Positions 29,397-40,700 of a stretch of 64,000 nt of DNA are shown one piece after another. Made by a program: the position numbers and the translations under genes. The stretch is from IMG/VR virus record IMGVR_UViG_3300049793_000366, positions 1 to 64,000 of that record; one strand, 5' to 3'. The notes beneath the pieces were generated by a model, which saw only the letters and a list, made by a program, of their open reading frames with translations, was not told the origin of the DNA and made no database searches. The stretch's first letter is position 1; each line of letters opens with the position of its first letter.

Positions 29397-30115
29397 CTTC
29401 GATAAATTCCTAATTTACTGAATATTTCTTTTCGAGTATAAGTTATACCGTTATATGTTAGTGTAAAGTCTTTTGGGTCTTCTAATTTAAGTTTCTCACC
29501 ATCTATAAGAACAGTTAACCAAGGATTATCACCAGCCATTTTCCATTTTAATAATGGTGCTTCAATATTAACATCTTTGTATATAACATCAGATTTTTTA
29601 ATATTGTCAACGAATTCCTTTCCAAAGTCTATCATCCTTTGTCCACCAGAATCTAAGAACATTTGCTTGTAATCAATAGCATTGTCGTTCTTTAGCTTCT
29701 TTAGTTCATCCGATTTCTGTTTTACTAATTCATCTGAGTCTTCTTTTGTAATAAGTTTGTAGAATTCTACTAAATCCCATTTATCAGTTTCTTTATCATA
29801 GATACCCTTTGCCCAAGCATCTTTTATACCTTCTTGTTTTGTTTTACAATGAAATCTTCCTTGTGCAAAGAAATTCCAATGGTCAGATATACGAATAGTG
29901 CCATCATGTGTTAAATTCCAACCTTTCTTCTTACTGTAAAATGAATTAGAGATAGGACTTTTGAATACGAATTCCCAATCTAATATTTCTCGCGTAGCTT
30001 CAACAGGGAAATTATTAAAAAATCCACTACTAACCCATTTCATCAATAAATGCTTAGGAATAGGTTCACCATTTTTGAATTTGGCTTCTGTTATAAACTC
30101 TAAATATTTTAGCAT
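29393..30115 (-). CDS. hypothetical protein, N-terminal MLKYLEFITE
   Basis: N-terminus close to T4 CTS MKTYQEFIAE; contains IRISDHWNF. Confidence 0.65.
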   Translation of the reverse strand: MLKYLEFITEAKFKNGEPIPKHLLMKWVSSGFFNNFPVEATREILDWEFVFKSPISNSFYSKKKGWNLTHDGTIRISDHWNFFAQGRFHCKTKQEGIKDAWAKGIYDKETDKWDLVEFYKLITKEDSDELVKQKSDELKKLKNDNAIDYKQMFLDSGGQRMIDFGKEFVDNIKKSDVIYKDVNIEAPLLKWKMAGDNPWLTVLIDGEKLKLEDPKDFTLTYNGITYTRKEIFSKLGIYRS

Positions 30116-30597
30116 TAATCCCCTTTAACTGGTATTTTTTCAAAATATTCGCTATGTGGCTCAAGTGACCACTTATTATTTCCTTTATTGAAAAGGTTAT
30201 ATAAATATTTATCATCAAGTAAATACTTTTCACCTTTATCTAAGGTAAGTTCTACTGTTTCGGAATCCCAATTCATTTTCTGATTAACTATCTTCAAACC
30301 AATTGGTCCATTTCTATCAACCATATTACAGATAATAATAGCACCGTTGTCAATTAATTCCTGAATCTTTTCTGCTACTGACTGCTTCGATAAGAGAACA
30401 TAATCTTGAACATCCCTGTCCTTTAATGTGTTATAAAGATCCAGAAAACTCTGTTCTTTATCAGTTAATATATTACCGGCAGAAATCTTATCAAGAATTC
30501 TGTTGAGTTCCGCTTCCTTAACTGATTCGTTTAAGAATACGTGGCGCAGCCATCCTTTGAAGTTCATAATGTGCGATGTTTTTTGATTGTTACTCAT
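30115..30597 (-). CDS. hypothetical protein with DUF6576-like segment
   Basis: ELNRILDKISAGNILTDKEQSFL; TAATATATA upstream. Confidence 0.6.
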   Translation of the reverse strand: MSNNQKTSHIMNFKGWLRHVFLNESVKEAELNRILDKISAGNILTDKEQSFLDLYNTLKDRDVQDYVLLSKQSVAEKIQELIDNGAIIICNMVDRNGPIGLKIVNQKMNWDSETVELTLDKGEKYLLDDKYLYNLFNKGNNKWSLEPHSEYFEKIPVKGD

Positions 30598-30601
30598 AAA
30601 G

Positions 30602-30634
30602 TATATATTAAAAGAGCAAAGTATTTAATATATA
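30602..30634. promoter_or_regulatory. back-to-back TAATATATA motifs
   Basis: Minus 30602-30610, plus 30626-30634. Confidence 0.6.
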
Positions 30635-30706
30635 CCTTATATAATAAACTCTACAATTTGATGGACAAGTTAAGCATAATTTATAAGGAACCAAAATAAA
30701 TTTAAT

Positions 30707-33700
30707 ATGGATAAAAAGAGTATAGACGCACTTTCAAATCTATCCGATGCGATTGACCAATTGAGTCAGGCTATCATCGATGCCAAGCAAAAGCCTGGTA
30801 ACGCTGGTAATCCATTAACTCAAGCGGTTGACTTGGTTAATCAGTTAAAAGAAATAAACCAGAGTTTATCAGAGATTAAGGATGATAATAAGAAGATGAT
30901 GTCCAAACAAGACGAAATTCTTAAGCTCTCTAAAGAAATAAAAAACAGCAAAGAGAATAACAATGTGTTCTCACAAGCTGGTGACAATAAGCAAAAGATA
31001 AAAGATGGTGTTTCATCCATCGTAGTTATAGCAGTTGGTGTTCTTGCCATTGGTATGGCTTTCAAATTAATAGGTAAGGTAGACTTTCTATCAGTAGTTG
31101 CTTTGGGTCTTGCTATTCCATTAATAGCACTTGCTTTCAGTGAGGTTATTAAAGCGAAGATAACAATAAAAGATGCGCTACAAGCTAGTGGTGCTTTAGT
31201 CATCATATCAGCTGCTATTGCTTTAGCTTCGATGGCATTGTCATATGTACAAACATTATCATTTACACAATTAGTAACTACTATTGGAATTGGTTTTGCG
31301 TTCTCATTATTATCAGAGTCAATTGGTGACTTATCCAGAAGTGTAGCTAAAGCATCTATTAAAGGTTTATTAATTATGCCATTTGTTTTAGTAGCGGCTT
31401 CAACTGCTATCATGGCATCTTCATGGATTTTAAAAGCTGTTCAACCAGTTGGGTTCTTCCAATTGCTTACTACTATTGGTATTGCGGCGGCTTTCGTTGT
31501 TCTGAGTTATGGTATTGGTAAATTAGCACATAGTCTAAAGGATGTTAGTATTAAAGGTGTAATATTATTACCTCTTGTATTGGTAACAACAGCATTCGCA
31601 ATATTAGGAGCATCATATTTATTAAAAGATGTTCAACCAGTTGGATTCTACCAGTTGCTTACTACTATTGGTATAGCCGCGGCATTCACTGTATTAAGTT
31701 ATGGTATAGGCAAACTTGCTAGTAGCTTGAAAGACGTTAGTATAAAGGGTGTAATATTATTACCTCTTGTATTGGTAACAACAGCAATGGCTATATTGGG
31801 TGCCTCGTATTTCTTAAAAGATGTTCAACCAGTTGGGTTAGTTCAGTTGTTGACATCAATAGGTATAGCCGCAGTATTTGTTGTTATATCGTTTGGGTTA
31901 GGCTTATTAGTTAAAGCTATGTCTAAGATTGATTGGGCTGATATATTGAAGTTACCATTAATGATGATAACAATCTCTGGTGCTATATGGGCATCATCAC
32001 ATATTTTAAAAGACACAGCAGTAATTCCATTTAGTAACTTATTTAATATTGTTCTATTTAGTATAACATTAACAATAGCTACAATAGCTGTTGGTGCCGC
32101 GATGTGGATTTTTGATAAGATGGGCTTATCAATATCAAATGCTATAAAGGGTGGATTGGTAGTAGTATTAGTTGCTCTTACAATCATGGCGGCATCACAA
32201 ATATTATCGATGGGTGATTATACTAACTTCCCAAGTATTGATTGGGCATTAGGTACAGGATTATCAATTGTTGCCTTCGGGTTATCAATGGCTGTATTAG
32301 GTTTTATTGCTATATCTGGTGTTGGTGCTGTTGCTCTTTTGGCTGGTGCTGTTGCTGTCTTAGGTGTAGCCGCTACAATAGTTGGTGTAGCCGAGATTCT
32401 TAATATGGGTAACTTTAAAAACTTCCCATCAGTTGCTTGGTCAACAAGTGTTGGTCTATCAATGACAGCATTCGCATTGGGTATGACTTTATTAGGTGGT
32501 ATCATAGTAGGTACATTTGGTCTTGGTGGTATTATGTTAGCGGCTGGTTCGAATGCGATGCTCACAGTAGCTCAAACAATCGTTGATGTTGGTGCTATTA
32601 TAGCTGGTGGTAAGTTTACTGGTGGTCCTAGTAAAGAATGGGCAGAGGGCATAGGATTAGCTCTGGGAGCATTTTCTCCAGTGTATGGATATCTAATGCA
32701 ATCACAAGTTATGAGTATATTTGGCGGTGATGCTATGAGTGGTGAAGAATATGGTCAAGTAATGGTTGATATAGCACAATCGATAATTAAAGTGGCTGGT
32801 GTTTTCAATGCGGCTGGTGTTAGTGTTTGGGCAAATGCTCCAACTAAAGAATGGGCAGAAGGAGTTGGTATGGCAATTGGAGCATTTGCTCCTGTTTATT
32901 CAGCTTTGGATAAAGGATTAGGTGATAGGTTGATGGATATGTTTATGGGAGAAACCGATAAGGCAAAACAGATGAGTGATGCTATGGTTACTATCGCTAA
33001 AGCAATCATTGACGTAGCTGCTATATTCGCGGCATCAACACAACAATATAAAGGAGGTCCGTCAAAAGAATGGGGTGAGGGAGTTGGTTCCGCTATTTCA
33101 GGATTCGCAGTAGCGTATGCCGCATTAGAAGAAGCTGACTTAGAGGACTCTGATGATATATTAGAATATGACGGAGCATTGAATGAAATTGTTAACTCAA
33201 TTATTAAGGTAGCTCGTAAGTTTAATGTTGCTGGTGATATATTCAAAACAAGTGTAAATAAATCATTCTTTGAAAATATAGCTGGAAACATAGAATCTTA
33301 TTTAGATTTAATTGATGATGTTTCGGTTGGATCTTCTGTAAGTACAATGGTTCTTAATAACATCGTTGACCAAATTATATTAATAGCTAAGAAGTTTAAC
33401 TCACTTGGTGACAACTTCAATGTTTCTATACCTAAATCATTCTTTGATAGCGTAGCCGCTAACGTAAAAGCATACATAGCAATTACTGATTCAATTCCTA
33501 TGTCAAGTGGATTATTCGGTGGTTCTAAGCTTAAAAATATAATTAGTGATATAGCTCTTATGGCTGTTGCTTATAAGAAATTAGCTAAATCAATCGGTGA
33601 GGTTGGTAGTAACTTAACTCAATTGGGTGAAGAGCAATTTAATAATTTAAAATATCTAACTGCTAACATAGCAATGTTATCACTTGGTGATCCTGACCAG

Positions 33701-34006
33701 TTAGAAGCTAATATTGATTTATTAGAAGAGAAGTCAGAAACTCTTGCTGAGACATTCCAAAAAATGTCTGAAGAGTTAGCTAAACAGAATGATATCTCAT
33801 TATCATCATCTACTGATATTAAAGCAAGCACATCCGTTAAGACTGGTACCGCTAATAAAGTTACTAAAACTAACGATGATTTATATAGCGCACTTCAACA
33901 AATAGATGCTAAATTGGCTACAATAGCTTCTAGTGCTAATAATTTAGCGAGCTATGTTGATGAACTTAGAGGTAAAACTAAACCAACAATTACTAATAAA
34001 CGATAA
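30707..34006 (+). CDS. tape-measure-like protein with many hydrophobic helical repeats
   Basis: 1099 aa; coiled-coil ends, 64-aa hydrophobic repeats, three P[ST]KEW.EG.G repeats; TAATATATA upstream. Confidence 0.6.
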   Translation: MDKKSIDALSNLSDAIDQLSQAIIDAKQKPGNAGNPLTQAVDLVNQLKEINQSLSEIKDDNKKMMSKQDEILKLSKEIKNSKENNNVFSQAGDNKQKIKDGVSSIVVIAVGVLAIGMAFKLIGKVDFLSVVALGLAIPLIALAFSEVIKAKITIKDALQASGALVIISAAIALASMALSYVQTLSFTQLVTTIGIGFAFSLLSESIGDLSRSVAKASIKGLLIMPFVLVAASTAIMASSWILKAVQPVGFFQLLTTIGIAAAFVVLSYGIGKLAHSLKDVSIKGVILLPLVLVTTAFAILGASYLLKDVQPVGFYQLLTTIGIAAAFTVLSYGIGKLASSLKDVSIKGVILLPLVLVTTAMAILGASYFLKDVQPVGLVQLLTSIGIAAVFVVISFGLGLLVKAMSKIDWADILKLPLMMITISGAIWASSHILKDTAVIPFSNLFNIVLFSITLTIATIAVGAAMWIFDKMGLSISNAIKGGLVVVLVALTIMAASQILSMGDYTNFPSIDWALGTGLSIVAFGLSMAVLGFIAISGVGAVALLAGAVAVLGVAATIVGVAEILNMGNFKNFPSVAWSTSVGLSMTAFALGMTLLGGIIVGTFGLGGIMLAAGSNAMLTVAQTIVDVGAIIAGGKFTGGPSKEWAEGIGLALGAFSPVYGYLMQSQVMSIFGGDAMSGEEYGQVMVDIAQSIIKVAGVFNAAGVSVWANAPTKEWAEGVGMAIGAFAPVYSALDKGLGDRLMDMFMGETDKAKQMSDAMVTIAKAIIDVAAIFAASTQQYKGGPSKEWGEGVGSAISGFAVAYAALEEADLEDSDDILEYDGALNEIVNSIIKVARKFNVAGDIFKTSVNKSFFENIAGNIESYLDLIDDVSVGSSVSTMVLNNIVDQIILIAKKFNSLGDNFNVSIPKSFFDSVAANVKAYIAITDSIPMSSGLFGGSKLKNIISDIALMAVAYKKLAKSIGEVGSNLTQLGEEQFNNLKYLTANIAMLSLGDPDQLEANIDLLEEKSETLAETFQKMSEELAKQNDISLSSSTDIKASTSVKTGTANKVTKTNDDLYSALQQIDAKLATIASSANNLASYVDELRGKTKPTITNKR
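31350..31920 (+). repeat. 192-nt coding tandem repeat (about 3 copies)
   Basis: GTTCAACCAGTTGG at 31439, 31631 and 31823; spacing is exactly 192 nt. Confidence 0.85.
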
Positions 34007-34045
34007 ATAGATGCATCAAATCTAATTTATTTAATATAATCATTT

Positions 34046-34462
34046 ATGAAAATATCATTATGGAAAAAAATAAAGCTATACTTTGTCTATAAAAAGATTG
34101 TAAAGCAAGCGTCTTTTCTTTTACAGAATGAGACAAACCTTAGACTGGATAAAGTCGGTAGACTATATACAGTGTTGAATGTAAATGTTGAAGATATTAA
34201 GAACTACGGTCCTAAATTATCAGCACAGATTATTCAAAAATATGTAAATGATTACATAGCAACAGTCGATAAAGCATTCTTTCAAATCGGATTAACTGAG
34301 TTAGTTGGATTATTAGACATCAAAAAACTTGATGAAACTAACTATCTTATTATATTCGGTTACTCATTCTTGAATACTAAAAGAATTGCCAATATCATAT
34401 TAACTGTTGGTATAACAGCCATCCTGGCTATTTTATATTTACTTTTTTTTAAATTTCTTTAA
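34046..34462 (+). CDS. membrane-anchored hypothetical protein
   Basis: C-terminal hydrophobic helix. Confidence 0.65.
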   Translation: MKISLWKKIKLYFVYKKIVKQASFLLQNETNLRLDKVGRLYTVLNVNVEDIKNYGPKLSAQIIQKYVNDYIATVDKAFFQIGLTELVGLLDIKKLDETNYLIIFGYSFLNTKRIANIILTVGITAILAILYLLFFKFL

Positions 34463-34510
34463 ACTTACATCCCAGATAGGATATAACTTAAAAATTAAAA
34501 CTTAAAAACA

Positions 34511-34942
34511 ATGGATAAATTTTATGACCTGTCACAGGACAGTATCGACCAATTCTATGACGTTTTCAATAAGAAAGCTTTTCCGGTTAACGTAGGATTC
34601 TCTTTCACGGGCAATAGTAAACAGAAAAAGGCAATCGCAATAGCGAAAATACCAGACCAATACGCATTTAAAATGCAAAAGGAATTATTGGTATCAATGA
34701 ATGAAGACTTAATGAATAAGTTTGATGATACAGCTCTTCAAATTTTAATCGAACAAGAAATCGACAAGTTAACAATTAATGCTGGTGATGGTAAAATCAA
34801 AATGGTTAAACCAGATATTTCTACATTCTCTGCTCTTATTAATAAATACGGTATTGAAGAAGTTAGTAGAGCTAACCAAGTTGAATTATTAAGTGTTCAA
34901 CAGAAAGAAGACCAAGATTCGGATGACGAATTTATTGTTTAA
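34511..34942 (+). CDS. phage metallopeptidase-like protein with degenerate active site
   Basis: ILIEQEIDKL..KPDISTFSALINKYG matches the pattern L.DHEL.H..HD.EEF..IV.RYG without the His residues. Confidence 0.4.
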   Translation: MDKFYDLSQDSIDQFYDVFNKKAFPVNVGFSFTGNSKQKKAIAIAKIPDQYAFKMQKELLVSMNEDLMNKFDDTALQILIEQEIDKLTINAGDGKIKMVKPDISTFSALINKYGIEEVSRANQVELLSVQQKEDQDSDDEFIV

Positions 34943-35016
34943 AAGTTGTAAACAAATTAATTATTAAATATAAAAGATAATCTAAACCAAAAGGTTAAAT
35001 AAAATCAAAAAAATAA

Positions 35017-35709
35017 ATGGATAATCAAATTCAAACACACACTGTTAAGCCAGAAGTATCATCTATTATTAACGGGACAACAGTAAGATTCATTTCTACT
35101 GAGTCAGAAGTTAACTTAGATAACAAGCTTAAAGCTATCGAAGATTACATGGCATCTAACAATGCTCGTGGTAAATCAGAAGAAGAGAAGAACAAAGCGT
35201 ATGGTGAAGCACAAAAGTTTCACAAAGAATACTTACACGAGTTCTTAGATACGAAGTATAACTTCTATTTAAATCGCGTTCAGTATAACTTCCTTACTGA
35301 TTTATTACTTTCTAAATTAGAATATGATGTAAATACAGTATTCATCGCAATCGAATTAAGTAATTTACTTGGTTCAATGAAAAACACTGGAAAATATACA
35401 AATGACAAAGAAGTAATTTCTTACGAGATTAATGCTACTGAGTTAACGTATATCTATCACTTAATCGCTAAACATACAGTAAAAGGCTTATCAAAACAAG
35501 CTTATACATTTGCTGAAATTCTTAGCAAGATTGGTGAACTTAGCAAGATTTTCAACTATTATGAAACTGCTAACAAGAATTCAGTTGATGATATCAGTCA
35601 TTGGGTTTACTCATTTGATGAGTCAATTCAGATTGAAGGACAAACACTTGAGCCTACTGAGACTTCTGAAAAGAAATCTAAGTCAAAGAAAAAAGAAGCG
35701 GCTGAGTAA
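35017..35709 (+). CDS. hypothetical protein
   Basis: 230-aa ORF followed by a terminator. Confidence 0.7.
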   Translation: MDNQIQTHTVKPEVSSIINGTTVRFISTESEVNLDNKLKAIEDYMASNNARGKSEEEKNKAYGEAQKFHKEYLHEFLDTKYNFYLNRVQYNFLTDLLLSKLEYDVNTVFIAIELSNLLGSMKNTGKYTNDKEVISYEINATELTYIYHLIAKHTVKGLSKQAYTFAEILSKIGELSKIFNYYETANKNSVDDISHWVYSFDESIQIEGQTLEPTETSEKKSKSKKKEAAE

Positions 35710-35728
35710 TCAGATTATTCTTTAAATT

Positions 35729-35762
35729 AAAAGCCCTCAATTATAAAATTGAGGGCTTTTTT
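35729..35762. terminator. bidirectional intrinsic terminator
   Basis: AAAAGCCCTCAATT..AATTGAGGGCTTTT. Confidence 0.8.
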
Positions 35763-35763
35763 A

Positions 35764-37749
35764 TTAGTCTAATGGTGGTAACTCGATGTCTCCACCGCCA
35801 CCTCCACCACCACCGGATGCGTAGTATGCCACAGTTGTGTATTTACTTTCAACCATCCAATCAATGTTAGTAGATGCTATACCTTTAACAGAAACTTTAA
35901 CAACTTTCGCTGTATTATCAACTGTATAAGAAGCCGAACAACCAGACATAGAACCATCAAAGTGATAAAGAGTTAATGATACTGGTTTAGGATTTGTAAT
36001 AGAGTTTAAAGCAACATCATATCTTGCTACACCTTCTCCTTGTGCTATGTATGCTAATCCGTTTGAAGATACACCCATTATCTGAACGTTAAACTTATAT
36101 ACAACACCAGATACTCCAGTAGGTGGATATAAACCAAATTTCTCAGACACACCATCACAGAATATTTCAGTTAATGTTGCATTAGACGTTGTACCATGAT
36201 GTGTTACGAATCCATATTGATTTCCAATACGAGGACCTCTTGACCATTCTGCGTGTCTATTTGAAGCCGCTAAACCACCAGCGTGTGAGTAGCTAGAGTT
36301 TGCGTGTGCGCTACCTTCTGCGTGAGAAGCCATACCAGCAGCGATAGAAAATGCACCTTCTGCGTGAGAATAAGTAGCACTTGCTGTCGTATAATAACCC
36401 TGTACGTGTGATGCTACACCAACTGCATTTGCTCTAAGACCTTCTGCGTGAGAATAATCACCAGTAGCTAAATTTAAAAATCCTTCAACGTGTGTTGATA
36501 CTCCACCACTCACGTTACTTACACCCTCAACGTGTGAGTATGAACCAGATGCTATATTAAGATAACCTTCTGCGTGAGAACCCAAACCTGAGGCAATATT
36601 ATAACGACCTTCTGCGTGAGATGCTAAATTACTCGCTGTTGTACCACTACCTTCTGCGTGAGAAGATGTACCAGTAGAAAATGTGTTATCACCTTCTGAA
36701 TATGAATAGTTACCTGATGCTACTGTTGTATTACCAGAGGCATGAGAAGCGGAACCAGATGCTACGTTACCATATCCCTCAACGTGAGAGTTAGCACCAT
36801 CAGCAGAGTTATTATGTCCTTCTGAATGTGAGTTAGCAGCACTGGCTGTTGTGCCACTACCTTCTGCGTGAGAGTTTATACCATCAGCAATTGTTGAATT
36901 ACCTTCGCTATGTGAGTTATTACCATTCGCAGTAGTACTTAAACCTTCTGAATGTGAGTTATCTCCGTTAGCTGTTGTTAATGAACCTTCTGAGTGTGAA
37001 TTATCACCATCAGCAGTTGTTATGTTACCCTCTGAGTGAGAGCTAATACCATTAGCAGTAGTTGTATTACCTTCGCTATGTGAATAGTTACCTATTGCTT
37101 TTGTGCTTACACCTTCTGAGTGAGCTGAGTTACCAGAAGCAATAGTTAATGAACCCTCTGAGTGAGCGCCATTATTAGTAGCTGATGTACCAAATCCCTC
37201 AGCGTGTGAAAAATGTCCACTCGCTGTTGTACCACTACCTTCTGAATGTGATGCTGTTGCTGATGAATATGTACTTAAACCTTCTGCGTGAGAACCCACC
37301 CCAGTTGATTTAGTATAAACACCCTCTGAGTGTCCACCACTACCACTTGCTGTTGTACCAAGTCCTGTTGCTTGTGCGGCATATCCACTCGCTTTTGTAT
37401 TATATCCAGAAGCCATTGCGCTTTCACCAGAAGCATTTGCTGAATTACCGTGTGCGAATGACGCTGCTCCGGTAGCTGATACGATAATACCACTCGCAAA
37501 TGAATAAGATCCTGATGCGTTATTTGTTTCACCTATTGAAAATGAGTAAACCCCATTATCAGCAATAATAGAACGTGTACCTATGGTACCTTTGTCTATG
37601 AAGGCAGTATAGATAACATCTCTGAAATCCTTAGCCGTGATATCCCCTGTTACGTTATCTTTCAATACGTATAACATTGATGAAAGTGAGGTGTCTGGGC
37701 TTTGACCCAGTGGAGATGATCCTAAATAAGTACTTGTTGTCCCTGCCAT
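35764..37749 (-). CDS. tail fibre/adhesin with YadA-head-like beta-roll repeats
   Basis: About 29 copies of the 14-aa unit SH[AS]EGxxTxAxGxx. Confidence 0.8.
   Translation of the reverse strand: MAGTTSTYLGSSPLGQSPDTSLSSMLYVLKDNVTGDITAKDFRDVIYTAFIDKGTIGTRSIIADNGVYSFSIGETNNASGSYSFASGIIVSATGAASFAHGNSANASGESAMASGYNTKASGYAAQATGLGTTASGSGGHSEGVYTKSTGVGSHAEGLSTYSSATASHSEGSGTTASGHFSHAEGFGTSATNNGAHSEGSLTIASGNSAHSEGVSTKAIGNYSHSEGNTTTANGISSHSEGNITTADGDNSHSEGSLTTANGDNSHSEGLSTTANGNNSHSEGNSTIADGINSHAEGSGTTASAANSHSEGHNNSADGANSHVEGYGNVASGSASHASGNTTVASGNYSYSEGDNTFSTGTSSHAEGSGTTASNLASHAEGRYNIASGLGSHAEGYLNIASGSYSHVEGVSNVSGGVSTHVEGFLNLATGDYSHAEGLRANAVGVASHVQGYYTTASATYSHAEGAFSIAAGMASHAEGSAHANSSYSHAGGLAASNRHAEWSRGPRIGNQYGFVTHHGTTSNATLTEIFCDGVSEKFGLYPPTGVSGVVYKFNVQIMGVSSNGLAYIAQGEGVARYDVALNSITNPKPVSLTLYHFDGSMSGCSASYTVDNTAKVVKVSVKGIASTNIDWMVESKYTTVAYYASGGGGGGGGDIELPPLD
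36280..37530 (-). repeat. 42-nt coding tandem repeat
   Basis: ACCTTCTGCGTGAGA-type units recur with 42-nt period and encode SHAEG repeats. Confidence 0.85.
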
Positions 37750-37769
37750 GATTTTATATATTTAATTTT

Positions 37770-40700
37770 TTAACTAAAAGACGAACTAAACGCCGAACTA
37801 TATGCTGTATTTAAGTTTGTAACAACTACTGTTGGTGCAACCTGAGTCGTATCAATATTTTCAACAATTAAGTTATTCGGTGGTCTTAATTCATAATTTT
37901 TCTTTGATGTATATATCTGTCCATAGCCGTTATCTGAGGTTACTTCCACAAGAATGTATGGGTCGATTAATGTATCTACTGTAAAATGATATTGAGTTAA
38001 GTCACCACCAACTCTATATTCATTGAATGTTTGAACTGGACTTAGATTAATTTCTCTCCATTCAGTTATATTAAACCACTCATTCGTAGCTGAATATGGA
38101 ACACCAGTTAAGTATGAAGCCGTACCAGAAGATGTAGCTGACATTGTAGCTGATGAAGTAAACCCATATTCATAAACATTACTATTGTAGCTAACAAGCT
38201 GACCAAGTAAATAAGCTCTATCTGGTCTCCATTCCTGAATACCTTCGTGCTTTTTAGGATTGATTGTTCTATTTGGTACTGCTGATGAACCTGTTGCTGA
38301 TTCATATAATTTACCCAAGTATTGAATTCTTGAACCAACTGTATAATTTTCAAATGGTAACCACTCTTTATAAGTTTGGTATGTTCTGATATTTACATTG
38401 AAGTAGTCAGGCATATCACTCATAGTAGCTGATTTGAAATCAATTGCAACATTGAATACTGATGAACCAGAGTTAATAGGCATCACATATGCTTCATTGA
38501 TATCGAAGTCAACTGGTACCATACTCTGTTTAACGTTGAATATAGCTATATCATTATTTCTATGAGTTATCGTTTTTTCACCAACGAAATCAGTTCTACC
38601 AGTAATGTCTAATATCTTATGAGAGATTGGAATGACATTTCTCTGTAACCATCTCTTCAATCCAAGTAATTTAATAACTACTTCATCAATGGAATACATA
38701 AGTATGTAATTACCTTCTTTATCCGTAATATGGTACGTCAAATTAAATAAATTTGTACCATCAAAATTTGGATTAGGTAATGTATGTGATAGGAAATCCT
38801 TAGGAGTCCAGCCCTCAACAGTATTATCAAATATATCAGGAATTTCAACCTTGAAAAGTTTCCCATTGTTGATTGACCTTTTATTTACGTTTCTATAATA
38901 CTCATATAATTCTAAATCATTATAACCAAAGAAGTTTATGGCATTTATGATAGCTTTATAAGAACCAACATAAGGGAAAATGTCATGACGAGTCATTAAC
39001 ATCTCTTTTCTCTTTTTATTTAAATAGTTCCAATCAACACCTTGTTCATTGATATCATATTCCTTGAAGATGAATACATCCTGTGATGTGACATTCTTAC
39101 CAACATTCGTTAATTCGATATCATAACGAACATCTTCAATCTCTGTTTGACCAATCACATTGAATCTCGCAATCTCTCTATCCATTACCGTTATTGTAGT
39201 CTTTAGATAAGCTGTCTTACCAACAACTGGGTAATCATCTACAATTGTTTTCTCTGGTACTAAATCAGAACCACCTTCAAATGGTAATAACACAAGTATT
39301 CTTGTATAGATTTGGTCAATGATAAATTGTTTACCATTATTAAATGATATGAACTGTTTCTTTACATTAGTAGTATCTTTTAAACTAACTTTAATACGTT
39401 GACCCTTTTGTAATCCATTACCAGTAAACACCTCCAATGAATTCACATCTAAGTAGATATAAGAATATGTAAGACCACTATTTGCGTCAAACGATGATGT
39501 AAATGTTAAAGTATTATTGGAAACATTATCTGATGTTATATCAAGAACGATATTCTCAACCTTCATTAATTGTAATGTAGATTGGTAAACACCTTCATCT
39601 AATGAATTAAATCCAACGAAAAGCTCTAACGGCTCTGGCATGAATGAAACATTCTCAGTAGAGTCTATGTAATCTAACTCGTAAGTTATTTCATCAAAAA
39701 CAGTTTGTTGATATTCAGGTAATGCTACCTTATTAATATCTTTATTTGGTGAGTTAATTAATGAAATTTTTGTAAGTGGTTTAGGTCCAACATAAGCATA
39801 TGAACCAGTTATTGGTAATTGAGTACCAGAGAAGTCATAAATAAACATATCTGGTTTTGTATCATCAACCCATTTCCACTTGTAGCTAACTTGACTATCA
39901 CCTTCGAAATTCTCTCTTGGTCTTCTTAAGTATTCACGAGTTTTAATCCAGAAATTTTGTTTCTGAACGTAGTTTGGATCTAATGTACCATACATATTAC
40001 CAGCATTAGCAGTAGCATAATTACCTGGTAGAAGAGTAATAGTTGAACCAAGAGTAACAGATACTTCCGAAATTTGGTCTGTTGCTGGCATTATACCCCA
40101 CATACTTCTTCTGCGCGGGTTATAGATAATCTTGCTCATAACATCCGGAACAAGAATTGTTTGCTTAATCTGACCTACGATTGGGTCGATAACTAAAACG
40201 TTATTCGTACCTTGACACGCCATATAAATATCAGTATCATACTGATTAACTTCTAATGGTCCCCAGTTACCCATCAACATCGTGTAATTTAAATTACCAG
40301 ATTGGTCAAATGAATAATAGTTGTTATTATCACCAGATTGATATAGATTCGTAGTATATGGATTTACCACCATCGAATTATTAGTACCCGATGCTGGTAA
40401 TAAAGAAGATATTGAACCAGAGATTATTCGGAATGTATTATTATCAAATCCGTAAATATAATTACCTAAATCATCAAAGTATAATTGATGTTTTAAGTTT
40501 GGTACTGAGTAACTTGCTTGTATTGCTCTTGTCGCACCATCAATTTGTAATAATGTATTAGTATCAGTTGTGACATACACATCATTATCAAACGTATTGA
40601 ATTGTAACTTATAAGTATTACCACTACCGAATCCAAGTGTCTGAACTACTGGTCCCATTGAGTTTCCTGATGTCCAGAAGTTTAATCCTTGGTAGTTACT

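Noticed and set aside
30841-33831. Antisense ORFs inside the tape-measure-like gene and other long genes (e.g. 6302, 7780, 14174, 25766, 62188)
   Set aside because: They are shadow ORFs opposite well-supported genes and show no recognisable motifs.
36280-37530. Regular 42-nt repeats as a CRISPR array
   Set aside because: They are in-frame coding repeats (SHAEG) with synonymous variation; there are no unique spacers and no cas genes.
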